64,000 bases of DNA from positions 672,001 to 736,000 of the forward strand of contig OY759729.1 of NCBI GenBank assembly GCA_963662585.1, read 5' to 3'. The stretch is from Candidatus Cloacimonadales bacterium. GTDB taxonomy: Bacteria > Cloacimonadota > Cloacimonadia > Cloacimonadales > JAFGVF01. The notes under the pieces were generated by a model. It made no database searches. It worked only from the letters and a program-made list of their open reading frames with translations, and was not told the origin of the DNA. The translations under genes and the position numbers were made by a program. Shown here piece by piece: positions 30,293 through 40,238 of the stretch (within the stretch, counting starts at the first letter, position 1; the number at the start of each line of letters is the position of its first letter).

Positions 30293-31091
30293 TTTTTTCT
30301 CTCTCATTACAGAAATCACAGCCGATTCCCTTGCGTGGACATTTTTCTCTACATCTTTGACATAGAATACACTCACTATCTATGACTTTAGGTTTTTCAT
30401 CAACAGCTATCTGCATAGGACAGTTTCCTGAACATAACTCACAGTTTACGCACATTTCTTTATTAATTTTGAGCATAACTCTTGGTATCTTTAAGAAGTT
30501 ACTTACTTTTAAAAGAATATTCATTAAAGCACCATAAGGGCAAAGATAACGACAAGCAAAGCGTTCGATAAATACTGAGCCTACTACAAAAATGAAGAGT
30601 ATTATAGCACTGATGATGAAGAAATTACCTATATTTGCAAAAGCAATTACTGGACAGGCATTCATATAAATCCACTGAATTAAGAAATAAGCAAAAACAA
30701 TATTCATCAGCAGAATAAAGTACTTGAGATACTTCAGACGCTTATGCCACTTATCTGAGATTACTGCCTTGATTTTTCCCTTTTTTTTAGGATTTGTTAC
30801 TCTATATAAGACTTCTTGGATAGCCCCAAGGGGACAAAGCCAACCACAAAACAATCTTCCCGTAAGGGGAGTTAAAAGCAAAATTAGGAGGCCAATAGCT
30901 GAACCTATTATAAAAGGATTACTAGTAAAAAATCCCTTCAAAGTAGGAATACCAAAACAAACAAAAGAATAAGGGCATAGTCCATGCGGATTTATGTTTA
31001 TAACTCCCATTCTCATTAATAAAATTGCCGTTCCTGTTGCTAGAGTTATCAGCACAAGTAGAGCAAATCTGAATATCATCAGCTTTTTCAT
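30279..31091 (-). CDS. NapH/YccM-like membrane Fe-S protein
   Basis: GRLFCGWLCPLG, RFACRYLCPYG, CVNCELCSGNCP, CILCQRCREKCP; TM helices. Confidence 0.88.
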   Translation of the reverse strand: MKKLMIFRFALLVLITLATGTAILLMRMGVININPHGLCPYSFVCFGIPTLKGFFTSNPFIIGSAIGLLILLLTPLTGRLFCGWLCPLGAIQEVLYRVTNPKKKGKIKAVISDKWHKRLKYLKYFILLMNIVFAYFLIQWIYMNACPVIAFANIGNFFIISAIILFIFVVGSVFIERFACRYLCPYGALMNILLKVSNFLKIPRVMLKINKEMCVNCELCSGNCPMQIAVDEKPKVIDSECILCQRCREKCPRKGIGCDFCNEREKNEKN

Positions 31092-32122
31092 TTTTTACTC
31101 TTATTAATTAATTCTTTTAAAAACTCAATAAACTTATCGAGATCTTCTTTTCTTGTATCAAAAGAACACATTAATCTTATTTCTCCAGTAAATTCATCCC
31201 ATGTGTAGAAGAAATATTCTTCTCTTAAAGGCTCAATAATATCTTTATTCAAAAGAGCAAAAAGAGCATTTGCCTGAATCTCTTGCGTTAAAGTGATTTC
31301 CGGAATTTTAGATAATTCTTCATATAAGTATTGAGCCATATTTTTAGCGTTTTTAGCATTATCATACCAGAGATTATCACTTAAATAAGCTAACCACTGG
31401 GCTGAGCTATATCTCATTTTGGAATACAACTGCATTCCCATTTTGCGTAGATACTTCATTCCTGAAGATAACTCTGGTCGGAAAGAAACTATTGATTCAG
31501 CTAACATAGCCCCATTTTTAGTCGCGCCAAAAGAGAGAATATCAATTCCAGTATGAGTGGTTAAATCAGCAAAAGAACAGCCTAAAGCTACGACAGCATT
31601 GGCTAATCTCGCTCCATCAAGGTGAACATAAATTCCCCGACTATGAGCAAAATCAACTATTGCTTTAATTTCTTCAACTGTATAAATTGAGCCATACTCA
31701 GTAACTTGTGAGATTGAGATTATTCTTGGCTGAACATGATGCTCATCACCAACTCCAAAGATTGCCTTTTCTATAAGTTCTGGAGTTAACTTACCATTTT
31801 TAGTATCAACGATAATTAATTTACTACCTGTAAAATGCTCTGGTGCACCACATTCATCTACATTGATATGAGCTGATTTTGCACAAATAACAGCTTCATA
31901 AGGCTTCAAGAAATTCTGTAAAGAAAGAACATTTGCCCCTGTTCCTGTTAGAACAAAATAGACATCAATATCATTTCCAAAAACTTCTTTAAACTTATCT
32001 ATAGCCTTTTGGGTATAAACATCATCGCCATAAGAGTGAGTATAACCAACATTTGCTTGATTTATTGCTTCCAAAATCCTCGGATGTACTCCTGAGTGAT
32101 TATCACTTCCTAAACTTATCAT
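31088..32122 (-). CDS. ltaE: Low-specificity L-threonine aldolase (PLP)
   Basis: GSDN, YGDD, GTGAN, HLDGARLANA, GATKNG. Confidence 0.9.
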   Translation of the reverse strand: MISLGSDNHSGVHPRILEAINQANVGYTHSYGDDVYTQKAIDKFKEVFGNDIDVYFVLTGTGANVLSLQNFLKPYEAVICAKSAHINVDECGAPEHFTGSKLIIVDTKNGKLTPELIEKAIFGVGDEHHVQPRIISISQVTEYGSIYTVEEIKAIVDFAHSRGIYVHLDGARLANAVVALGCSFADLTTHTGIDILSFGATKNGAMLAESIVSFRPELSSGMKYLRKMGMQLYSKMRYSSAQWLAYLSDNLWYDNAKNAKNMAQYLYEELSKIPEITLTQEIQANALFALLNKDIIEPLREEYFFYTWDEFTGEIRLMCSFDTRKEDLDKFIEFLKELINKSKK

Positions 32123-32327
32123 TATTCCTTTCCTCTATATATTTTATTTAATATTTATGTTAATACCAAGACTAATATTTTAGCCACAAATGAAGACCAA
32201 TAAACACCAATGTAAGAAAGATTCAACACAAAAACACTATAGCCCACTAAAACACAAAGAAGAAAAGATTCTGTATTAATATTAAAATCAGTGAAAATCC
32301 GTGTAAATGGTCTTTTCTTAATTGATT

Positions 32328-32360
32328 CACTCCCTGTGCTCCCCCTCATGGAAGGGGATT
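32328..32360 (+). repeat. Single degenerate copy of REP-like hairpin module A
   Basis: cactccctgtgctccccctcatggaaggggatt resembles caccccctgtgtccccctcacggagggggatt of the 44.8-47.5 kb array. Confidence 0.6.
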
Positions 32361-32376
32361 AGTAAGGTATCAATTC

Positions 32377-33483
32377 TCAATTTTTTGTCAGAATTCTCCA
32401 CATAACATCCACTCCAACATCAATTGCTTCTTGCTTAGGTAAGAATTTATCAGAGTGAAGATTATTCTCCATATCTCCTGAGCCTAGCCAGAAGAGTAAT
32501 CCTTTATAAAAAGTAGTAAAGTAACCAAAATCTTCCCCTGTCATAGTATAATTACACTCTTCAAAGTTATAATCAGATTCACTAATAACAGCTTTGAACT
32601 TGCTAAACAGGTCTGGGTTATTCACCACAGGATCAAAAGTACCCAGGGGAGTTACCTCAACTTCTAAATCATGAGCTAGAGCTATATTATTGGCTACTCT
32701 CTTCATAATTTCATTTATCTTATCACGATTTTGTGTAGTCAGAGTTCTGTGAGTCCCTTGAAAGAGACATCTATCAGCAATGGAGTTGCGTACCACACCA
32801 GCCTCAGCTTTTCCGATTTGAAAAACAATTGGTTCAACAGGATTAATGCTTTGAGGAAGCAATTGCTTCATCGTAGAATAGAATTGCACTCCTGCAAGTA
32901 AGGCATCTTTCCCGAATTGAGGAGTTGCTATATGACTTGAGACCCCCTTAAATTCAACATCAAACTCTTGAGGAATACCAAAAATTATCCCTGCTTTACA
33001 AGCGACACTTCCCACTGGCATCTGTCCAGCAACATGAAGAGCGTAGCATTCTGCTATTTTATAATCATCCAGAACTTTAGATTCAATAATCTTCAAGGCA
33101 CCACCATGACCTTCTTCTCCTGGTTGGAAAACAAAGATGATATTCTTCTTGATTTTTGCTTCTAAAACCCTATCAATCAGGCCAATCAAGACAGTCATGT
33201 GAATATCATGACCACAGGCATGCATGTTTTTATCATGAGTAGAAGTAAAGTCACAGCCACTCTTTTCTGTTATTGGTAAAGCATCCATATCAGCTCTAAA
33301 CAAGATATAATCTTCTTCCCCACCTTGATTATAAAACATTACTAAAGCATTAATATCAAGTTCTTTGATAATTAAATTCTCACAATTTTTAAATAAACTT
33401 AGTATATACTCTTTAGTTTTAAAAACATCAAAGCCTATCTCTGGGATTCTATGTAAACTTTCTCTTACTTCTGTTAAATTCAT
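32377..33483 (-). CDS. M20D amidohydrolase (N-acetyl-diaminopimelate deacetylase-like)
   Basis: LHRIPE, RADMDALP, MHACGHD, FQPGEE, GEDF, LH; adjacent to asd. Confidence 0.88.
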   Translation of the reverse strand: MNLTEVRESLHRIPEIGFDVFKTKEYILSLFKNCENLIIKELDINALVMFYNQGGEEDYILFRADMDALPITEKSGCDFTSTHDKNMHACGHDIHMTVLIGLIDRVLEAKIKKNIIFVFQPGEEGHGGALKIIESKVLDDYKIAECYALHVAGQMPVGSVACKAGIIFGIPQEFDVEFKGVSSHIATPQFGKDALLAGVQFYSTMKQLLPQSINPVEPIVFQIGKAEAGVVRNSIADRCLFQGTHRTLTTQNRDKINEIMKRVANNIALAHDLEVEVTPLGTFDPVVNNPDLFSKFKAVISESDYNFEECNYTMTGEDFGYFTTFYKGLLFWLGSGDMENNLHSDKFLPKQEAIDVGVDVMWRILTKN

Positions 33484-33488
33484 CTATA

Positions 33489-34448
33489 TTACCTGTTAAT
33501 TAAATATTTTAAAATTCTAACTGCATTTGTGGCAGCTCCGACTCGGATATTATTAGCTACATTCCAAAATGTTAAGGAGTGATTATCTACCCCTTCCCTT
33601 AATCTGCAAACAAAACTATCATCTGAATCGCCTAATTCTAAAGGAGTAATGAAATCAGCTTCTAAATACTTCACACTGGGAGCATCTAATAATAAGTGCT
33701 TTACTTCGTCAATATGATAACTTCTTTCTAATTCTATGTAGATACTTTCAGAATGTCCATAAATCACTGGTACTCTCACAGTTGTTGCCGAAATCTTGAT
33801 ATCTTTATCAGAGAATATTTTCTGAGTTTCAAATCTCATCTTCTCCTCCTCTTCACTATAGCCTGAAGGAAGAATAGCTCCTATCAAAGGAATAACATTA
33901 TGCTCTATTTGGCGAGGATATAGAGAATTTTCATTATTTCGTAAAAGTGCATTTATTCCCTTATTTCCACTTCCTGAAACAGATTGATAAGTAGAAACTA
34001 CTATTTTCTTAATTTTATTAACCCTATGAATCGCATAGAGAGGAAGTAGCATCTGAATAGTTGAACAATTTGGATTGGCAATAATTCCTTTATAATTAGC
34101 TAAGATAGAACCATTTATTTCAGGAATTACTAAAGGAACTTGAGGATCTTGTCTAAAAGCAGAAGAGTTATCAATAATTGTATTTCCTGCTCTTTCAGCT
34201 ATTGGAGAAAAGTGCTTCGATACTGTGCCACCAGCAGAAAAAAGTAAATAATCAAAGGCTTGAGTCATCTTATCCTCAGTCAACTCCTGAATTTCTATCT
34301 TCTTCCCTCCAAAATCTACTAGTTTCCCAGCAGACTTATTTGAGGCAAATAAATGTAATTCATCAATTTCTATCTTTTGCTCTTGTAAGCAAGTAAGCAT
34401 CATTCGGCCTACTTCTCCACTTGCTCCAACTACTCCAATCTTCATCAT
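33489..34448 (-). CDS. asd: Aspartate-semialdehyde dehydrogenase
   Basis: GASGEVG, DNSSAFR, NPNCSTIQ, STYQSVSG, RVPV..GHS, NNIRVGAATNA. Confidence 0.95.
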   Translation of the reverse strand: MMKIGVVGASGEVGRMMLTCLQEQKIEIDELHLFASNKSAGKLVDFGGKKIEIQELTEDKMTQAFDYLLFSAGGTVSKHFSPIAERAGNTIIDNSSAFRQDPQVPLVIPEINGSILANYKGIIANPNCSTIQMLLPLYAIHRVNKIKKIVVSTYQSVSGSGNKGINALLRNNENSLYPRQIEHNVIPLIGAILPSGYSEEEEKMRFETQKIFSDKDIKISATTVRVPVIYGHSESIYIELERSYHIDEVKHLLLDAPSVKYLEADFITPLELGDSDDSFVCRLREGVDNHSLTFWNVANNIRVGAATNAVRILKYLINR

Positions 34449-34476
34449 TTCCTCACTTTCTATATTTCATTTCTTC

Positions 34477-34692
34477 ATCCCCCTCCGCAAGGGGGACACA
34501 GGGGGCCTTTCCTATGGAATGGAAGCGTCCCGGCTTCCATTTATTTAATATCCCCCTCCGCAAGGGGGACACAGGGAGTGCTTCCATTAACTTGGGTTAC
34601 GGACCTTTAGTCCGTGAATGTCAAACTCCCCTCTTTAGTGCTATAAGCACAATAAAAGAGTGGCTAAGTATTCCCTAGACAGGGTGTTTCTC
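34477..34692 (-). repeat. Cluster of REP-like modules, an inverted and diverged copy of the end of the 44.8-47.5 kb array
   Basis: atccccctccgcaagggggacacagg x2, ggaagcgtcccggcttcc, ggttacggacctttagtccgtgaa. Confidence 0.8.
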
Positions 34693-34762
34693 TTAATCAG
34701 TGTTAATCTGTCCATTCCTAATTAATTTGACCGATTTTTTAGCAATTATTATTTTCTCAATT

Positions 34763-34860
34763 AAACCCTTACAGGGTTACACTAATATTGGTTTGCCATA
34801 CCCAGGGTCAATTTTTCTTCAAAAAATGAGACCCTGGGCTAATCTATTTAATCCCTTGGT
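34763..34860. repeat. Multi-hairpin REP-like element
   Basis: aaccc-ttaca-gggtt and cccagggtc...gaccctggg hairpins. Confidence 0.5.
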
Positions 34861-35134
34861 GATATTTTCTTAATTCGTGAAATTAGTGACTATATTCATC
34901 TTTGTCCAGTCCTAAATAATTTTACCGCTTTATAACAATTTTCTTATTGTTTCCTGCTTCTCCGCTAAGGCTTTGAACCACTCTTGTGGGGTATAATTTT
35001 AAGGTGGTTACTCCCCTTGCTGACGAATACCATCCTATTGGGATTTAAGAAATATCATTGTTTGCCAATGATAGCTGGCAGGGATGCCCACATTCCTAGT
35101 TAAAATTCTCAATTCATAATTCTAAATTCTCAAT

Positions 35135-35923
35135 TTAAACAATATTTATCTTCCCAAGTCCATTAACACTTTTACTCACATTGGCTGGTTTGCCCCAAAT
35201 AGTAGCCTTTCCAGTTCCATTTATTGAAGCATCCAAACTCTCTTCCACATATAATTCAGCTTTCCCACTTCCGGATATTTTAATTCTGGCTTTTCTACTC
35301 TTAACTTCCTTAAAGCTTATAGACCCCATGCCACTTATTACAATATCCAAATCATCAATTTTCCCATTTCCCATGATTTTAGCTGTTCCAGATATATTAA
35401 TTTTCAAACTTTCTTCTTTGATTTTTACAAGATTGACTTTGGCATTGCCTGCAAGACTAAGTTTGCTGAGTTGATTAGTTTTGATTTTCACGAAGATATG
35501 CTTGCTAGGTGAAAGAATGTTTTTAGTGTTTATATGCAGAATTCCATCTTGAACATAACTTAAGATATAGCCCAAAATATTGTCATCAGTCTCAATTGTT
35601 ACTTCTTGTTCTTCAGCTTGTTGAATTTCAACTTCACAAGGCAATCCTAAAGAAATCCCTGTAAAAGGCTTCACATCTCTGATTTCTGTAAGGACCTCTC
35701 CACTTCCCCGAATTCCTTTCATCCATCTTCCTGCACCAAAAGATAATAGTATGGGAAGAATTAAGGTTACAAAAATAAGAATGATTCCTACTAATATTGC
35801 AATAGGCACAAAGATTAACCCCACTAATCCCAATACCGATACAACTATGACTAAGGCAAAGATACCTATCAATATTTTTAAGAACGGATTCTCTATTCTC
35901 TGGTTATTAAACTGAAATTTCAT
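35135..35923 (-). CDS. DUF2807 / head-GIN-domain protein with N-terminal membrane anchor
   Basis: GIRGSG, IETDDNIL, repeated ISGSG-type beta-helix motifs. Confidence 0.85.
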   Translation of the reverse strand: MKFQFNNQRIENPFLKILIGIFALVIVVSVLGLVGLIFVPIAILVGIILIFVTLILPILLSFGAGRWMKGIRGSGEVLTEIRDVKPFTGISLGLPCEVEIQQAEEQEVTIETDDNILGYILSYVQDGILHINTKNILSPSKHIFVKIKTNQLSKLSLAGNAKVNLVKIKEESLKINISGTAKIMGNGKIDDLDIVISGMGSISFKEVKSRKARIKISGSGKAELYVEESLDASINGTGKATIWGKPANVSKSVNGLGKINIV

Positions 35924-36053
35924 ATTGCCACCTCAGACTTTTTTTTATTATATTATAAGCAGCAAATTGAGTCAACTAATATTTTAAGGAATTTGTGAAA
36001 AATTGCTTTAGCAAGAGATTAGATATCTTTAGCTTTACTTGAAGCCCTCTCTT

Positions 36054-36701
36054 TTATCTTTTTCTACATTGACTGATTAAATTTTGAAATATCAATTGTG
36101 AATCACTCTTTTTCTTTTCTTTTGCTGGAAAATTAACATCAAATAATTCAGCTTGGTGCGGATCAAAATTAAACACTTCATCTTCAATAAAGCTACCACT
36201 CACATTCGCAAGTGAATCTGGAATAAGTTCTAAAACTTGCAAGGCTGGATTATAATAACCATCTCTACTATAAATATCATAATTTTCACCAGGAACAAAG
36301 CCAAACCGCTGATAATAATTAGGATTACCATAAATAACCACAATACGATAGCCCAGTTGACAAGCTAGCTTCAAGGAGTGATTAATAAGGATACTCCCAT
36401 ATCCAAATTTCTGATACTTTGGGAGAATGCTGACAGGACCGAAAGTAATAACATCATAGGCACGCCCATGTTCACCAAGCACTTTAGCTTGAGTATACAT
36501 AATATTCCCAATAATTTCATTATTAATTAACATAACTAAATCTAAATCTTTGATGAATGCCTTGGATTTGCGTAATATATGAACTAAATAATGCTCATCA
36601 CAAGCAGGAACATTTACATTCCAAAAGGCTTCTCTGGTAAGATTCTCTACTATTCTATAATCACTGCTTTCTTCTAATTTTATGATATATTTCTCACTCA
36701 T
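36054..36701 (-). CDS. GNAT N-acetyltransferase
   Basis: TREAFW, GPVSILPKYQKFGYG, GNPNYYQRFGF. Confidence 0.9.
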   Translation of the reverse strand: MSEKYIIKLEESSDYRIVENLTREAFWNVNVPACDEHYLVHILRKSKAFIKDLDLVMLINNEIIGNIMYTQAKVLGEHGRAYDVITFGPVSILPKYQKFGYGSILINHSLKLACQLGYRIVVIYGNPNYYQRFGFVPGENYDIYSRDGYYNPALQVLELIPDSLANVSGSFIEDEVFNFDPHQAELFDVNFPAKEKKKSDSQLIFQNLISQCRKR

Positions 36702-36929
36702 AAATTCTCCTTAAAAACTCATCTTATATTAATAAAAATCTTATAAATTCTGTCAATAAAAAAGTCATTTATAATATATCATTTGTATTAGAATTTTCAA
36801 GCTTCTATAATACTATAGGGTCAAGTTTTGGTGTCGAGGTCTATTTTTAGGAAGAATGTTAGAAAAATGTTTAAATAAAGGAAGAATTTTACGCTAATTA
36901 TTACGAATTTAAGAGAAATTTACACAAAT

Positions 36930-37057
36930 GTAGGGGCGTATTGCCATACGCCTTCTTCAAGAAAAGAATTTAGCCATGTACTTGCACATCAAGCTACGCC
37001 AACCCAGGCGAATTAAAACGAATTTATGCGAATGTAGGGCGAAACATCTTTCGCCCT
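36930..37057 (+). repeat. Two GTAG-type REP palindromes
   Basis: GTAGGGGCGTATTGCCATACGCC (36930) and GTAGGGCGAAACATCTTTCGCCCT (37034). Confidence 0.7.
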
Positions 37058-37107
37058 CTTAAGAATAAAGACCTCTTCTGACGGACGGTTTTAATTAATT
37101 TCTTCAC

Positions 37108-37722
37108 CTACCTCTCCCAAGCTCTCCAACTATCTGCCCCCAAAACCCTCTTAGCTTCATCTCTCAGCATCCACAAAAAATTATAAGGATTCTCAAAATT
37201 ACCACTCAAGCACCCCGAAGTAAACTGATGGCAGTTATCCAAGATAAGATTATACTCTCTAGTACTTCCAATCATCTCAATTGCTCTGTTTGCAACCTCT
37301 TCAGATCCAACAGCACAGCCATCTATACATGAAACTTCAATGAACTCCGATTTGTTGCGTCCATTTAAGCGAGCAACAAATTCTTGAGGAGAAACAGCTT
37401 CTATATTACCTGTACCTGATAAGTGAACAATTGTATTATCTCCAATATAAATCCCTGAATGCTCCACCACATCCATAAGGTCGCAATATACTACGCTACC
37501 TGGAATTGGAGTTACTTTATCTTGGATACCTCTGACAATATTTTTAATTTGTTTTTGTGTTTTGAATATATCGATTATATCTACAGGATTAGGATTCTTT
37601 ATAACTCCTGATTTTTCATTTTTAAGTAACTTAGTTAGTGGATTAGTATCTCTTAATACTCTATTATTACTGCCAGCATTCCCATCAATTACATCTACCA
37701 AATTAGAAAATAAATTTCTCAT
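37108..37722 (-). CDS. LRAT-like (permuted NlpC/P60) protein
   Basis: HSGIYIGDNTIVH and YNLILDNCHQF (H/H/NC catalytic set); 4-bp overlap with the WYL gene. Confidence 0.85.
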   Translation of the reverse strand: MRNLFSNLVDVIDGNAGSNNRVLRDTNPLTKLLKNEKSGVIKNPNPVDIIDIFKTQKQIKNIVRGIQDKVTPIPGSVVYCDLMDVVEHSGIYIGDNTIVHLSGTGNIEAVSPQEFVARLNGRNKSEFIEVSCIDGCAVGSEEVANRAIEMIGSTREYNLILDNCHQFTSGCLSGNFENPYNFLWMLRDEAKRVLGADSWRAWER

Positions 37723-38726
37723 AATTTCCCCTTGTTTTGCTGATTATCTGAATATTTTGCTAACATAACCTTTAACTTCTCTCCCATCTTCTCTCTCAAC
37801 ATCTCTGGTTCCAAAAGCTCTACATTCTCTTTGAAAGAGAGTACAAAGCTTAAGGTCTCATCTATAGATTTAGTTTGAAAATCAAGCACTATATCCCCAT
37901 TCTCAAGCTCTTTTATCTCCTGTCCTTGATGCCAAATTCTTTCAGAGACATATTGAGCTACGCTTTTATCGAATTTAAGTTTAACTGAAAAAGTTTCACC
38001 TTGAGAGAGTCCAAAAGCATCATCAAAGAACTCTTCAGGGTCAAACTTAACGGGATCTTGTGAAGACGACAGTATTTCCAACTCTTGAATTCTATTTAGA
38101 GCGAAGATTAGCACTTGCTTCTTACTTCTAAGGTAGCCGGCGAGATAGATATTATTGTTATGAAATTTCAAACTTAGAGGTGAAATTTCATGTTCTTTAA
38201 GGCTATTTGAATAGACACTTTTATAGCTAATTTTAATCTTTTGATAATTATAAATGGCCTTAATGATATTGATTAGCACTTCACTGTAGCTCTCCGACAG
38301 ATTCATAGTATTTGCTGAATTAGGAATAATAGAGTTTGAAAGCTTCTTGATAAAATCTCTAAAATTCCCATCAGCTTGAGAGAATATTTTTCTGAAGCTA
38401 TTCTTAGCTAAACCATCTAGATATCCACCCCAGGGAGAGACCATTTTGAAGATTAGGTACATGGTATAGTTTTCGAATTCGGACAGTTTTATCTCTGGAA
38501 TAGTATAGTTTTGAACTATTTTATAAACTACTTGATTATCTCTACTAGGGTCTATTTCATCATAAATTGGGAATCCCACAGAAGAGAGATTAATTATATC
38601 CCGCTCAACTGTCTTTTTGGAGACCCCATAAATATCAGCTAAATCACGCTTACTTATCCCTCTAATTCTATTATTATAGATAACATGCAACATTTGCCAT
38701 TGACGATAGAGTGATTCATTTCTCAT
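37719..38726 (-). CDS. wHTH-WYL-WCX transcriptional regulator
   Basis: LADIYGVSKKTVERDI; ISPLSL...IYLAGY...FALNRI; ERIWHQGQ...VELLEPEMLR. Confidence 0.92.
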   Translation of the reverse strand: MRNESLYRQWQMLHVIYNNRIRGISKRDLADIYGVSKKTVERDIINLSSVGFPIYDEIDPSRDNQVVYKIVQNYTIPEIKLSEFENYTMYLIFKMVSPWGGYLDGLAKNSFRKIFSQADGNFRDFIKKLSNSIIPNSANTMNLSESYSEVLINIIKAIYNYQKIKISYKSVYSNSLKEHEISPLSLKFHNNNIYLAGYLRSKKQVLIFALNRIQELEILSSSQDPVKFDPEEFFDDAFGLSQGETFSVKLKFDKSVAQYVSERIWHQGQEIKELENGDIVLDFQTKSIDETLSFVLSFKENVELLEPEMLREKMGEKLKVMLAKYSDNQQNKGKL

Positions 38727-38916
38727 CTAAATTTCCTTGCCTACTTAGATATTTCTTCTTATTTGGATGGAGAAAATCAGAAAGTTCATATTGCCTCAAC
38801 TCTAATACAGTTCTTTGTAAAGCATTAACCATATTTTCGTTAAATCCTTCTAGAACAGAGCTGATAATATCGAATCTTGATGCTAGATATTTTACTGGCA
38901 ACATATTAATAACCAC
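38716..38916 (-). CDS. Small hypothetical protein upstream of and overlapping the WYL gene
   Basis: 62-66 aa ORF, AAGGTGG upstream of internal ATG, TTGACA near 38984-38989, 11-bp overlap. Confidence 0.4.
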   Translation of the reverse strand: MVINMLPVKYLASRFDIISSVLEGFNENMVNALQRTVLELRQYELSDFLHPNKKKYLSRQGNLDEK

Positions 38917-39102
38917 CTTTTTTTATCATATAATATTACTATCAAAACCTATAATAATCGAAATTTGCGTCACTTTATTTTTTTGTCAATTAAAATATTT
39001 ATATTGGTTAAAATATTTTTCATTGATAACACGCCCATTATTAGCCTTTAGTAAAATAATCTACTAAAGGCTATCATTGATAATTGGGTCATAATTGTGA
39101 AA

Positions 39103-39672
39103 TTAATTTTCATAAGTTAAACTTTCTAATTTATCAACTAATTCAAGAAACACTTCTTTATTAAATTTAACTTGGTAATATTTGTTCTCTCTCGTCTTCA
39201 CATCAAGTTCTTCTAACTTCCTATCAATCTCTTGAATTTTTCTCTCGAGTGGTTCTTCTAATCTCTTTCTACGCCTCTCAGGACTCTCAGAAAAGAATTT
39301 ATCTAACTCAGAGGAAAGATCATAATCTAATTCATATCCACCACAATCATGATGAAGAATTTCTTCTTGGACCTCGAACCAGTTTAGATTAAGATCCCAA
39401 AACATCTGTTGATACTCCTCACCTTTGGCTTCATCATAGAATTCATAAATACCATAAAAAAAACTCTTTTTATCTAAGTTTAAACTCTCAACAAATTCTT
39501 TATTGCCTTTAAATAACTCAATTAATTTCACCCTAAATGTTTCACTAAAGGTTTTGTTTATCCTTTCTGCTTCCAAATCAGCATTCTCTTCGGAAGTAAA
39601 TTTTTCAGCAGTACCAATTTTCAATCCTTCAGCTAAAAGTTCCATCTCTTTTTTTACATCTGTACAAGTCAT
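39103..39672 (-). CDS. Hypothetical acidic protein with C-terminal coiled coil
   Basis: 189 aa, AAGGAG RBS, LERKIQEIDRKLEELD. Confidence 0.75.
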   Translation of the reverse strand: MTCTDVKKEMELLAEGLKIGTAEKFTSEENADLEAERINKTFSETFRVKLIELFKGNKEFVESLNLDKKSFFYGIYEFYDEAKGEEYQQMFWDLNLNWFEVQEEILHHDCGGYELDYDLSSELDKFFSESPERRRKRLEEPLERKIQEIDRKLEELDVKTRENKYYQVKFNKEVFLELVDKLESLTYEN

Positions 39673-39740
39673 GATTTTCTCCTTTTTTCTTTTCTTTTAA
39701 GATTCATTTTTTACTACTAAGTAATATATAACTCATGCCC

Positions 39741-39757
39741 TGGACAGATTAGGTCCA
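39741..39757. promoter_or_regulatory. Candidate WYL-regulator operator TGGAC-N7-GTCCA
   Basis: Inverted repeat 12 bp upstream of a TATATT -10-like hexamer on the minus strand, ahead of 39672. Confidence 0.4.
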
Positions 39758-40238
39758 CCCCCTAAAAAAAGTTTTCCCTACCCCTAAAAAAGCTTCTTGA
39801 TGCTTCTTTGTTAACTACTCTTTCCCTTCTCTTCCTCTCTCAACACAAAGATTATTCGAAGTTTATTTGAGATGACAGTGAAGGAGCAAGGGGAAAGCAT
39901 AGGGTATTTATAGGAAAATGCTGAAGAAATCGTGCTTACATAAAGATACTAATTTTGTTAGTCATGAATAACATTATTTAGCGACCTTATAGAATATATT
40001 CTATAAGGCAGAAGTTTTTTAAGAAAAAAATAAGAAACTGGACCATTTTAGGAAAAAGTGGGCCCTATATTATAGTAGAAGGTTAGAATTTAGAATTGAT
40101 AAATGCCTATATCCCTGAAGGGAATTTTTTCCTCACTAATAAATGGGAATAAAGGCCAATAATAGATTTATAGACAAAGATATTGACAAATTTCCTCATC
40201 ACTATAAAAAATTTAAAAAAAGTAAAAAAGAGATAATT

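Noticed and set aside
30293..30376. Long N-terminus of the 130-aa ferredoxin ORF
   Set aside because: Overlaps the Cys-rich end of the upstream gene; ATG at 30292 gives a clean signal/anchor sequence
32155..32349. 64-aa ORF between amidohydrolase and ltaE
   Set aside because: Built from degenerate intergenic repeats
34421..34678. 85-aa plus-strand ORF
   Set aside because: Translation of REP modules, antisense to the asd start
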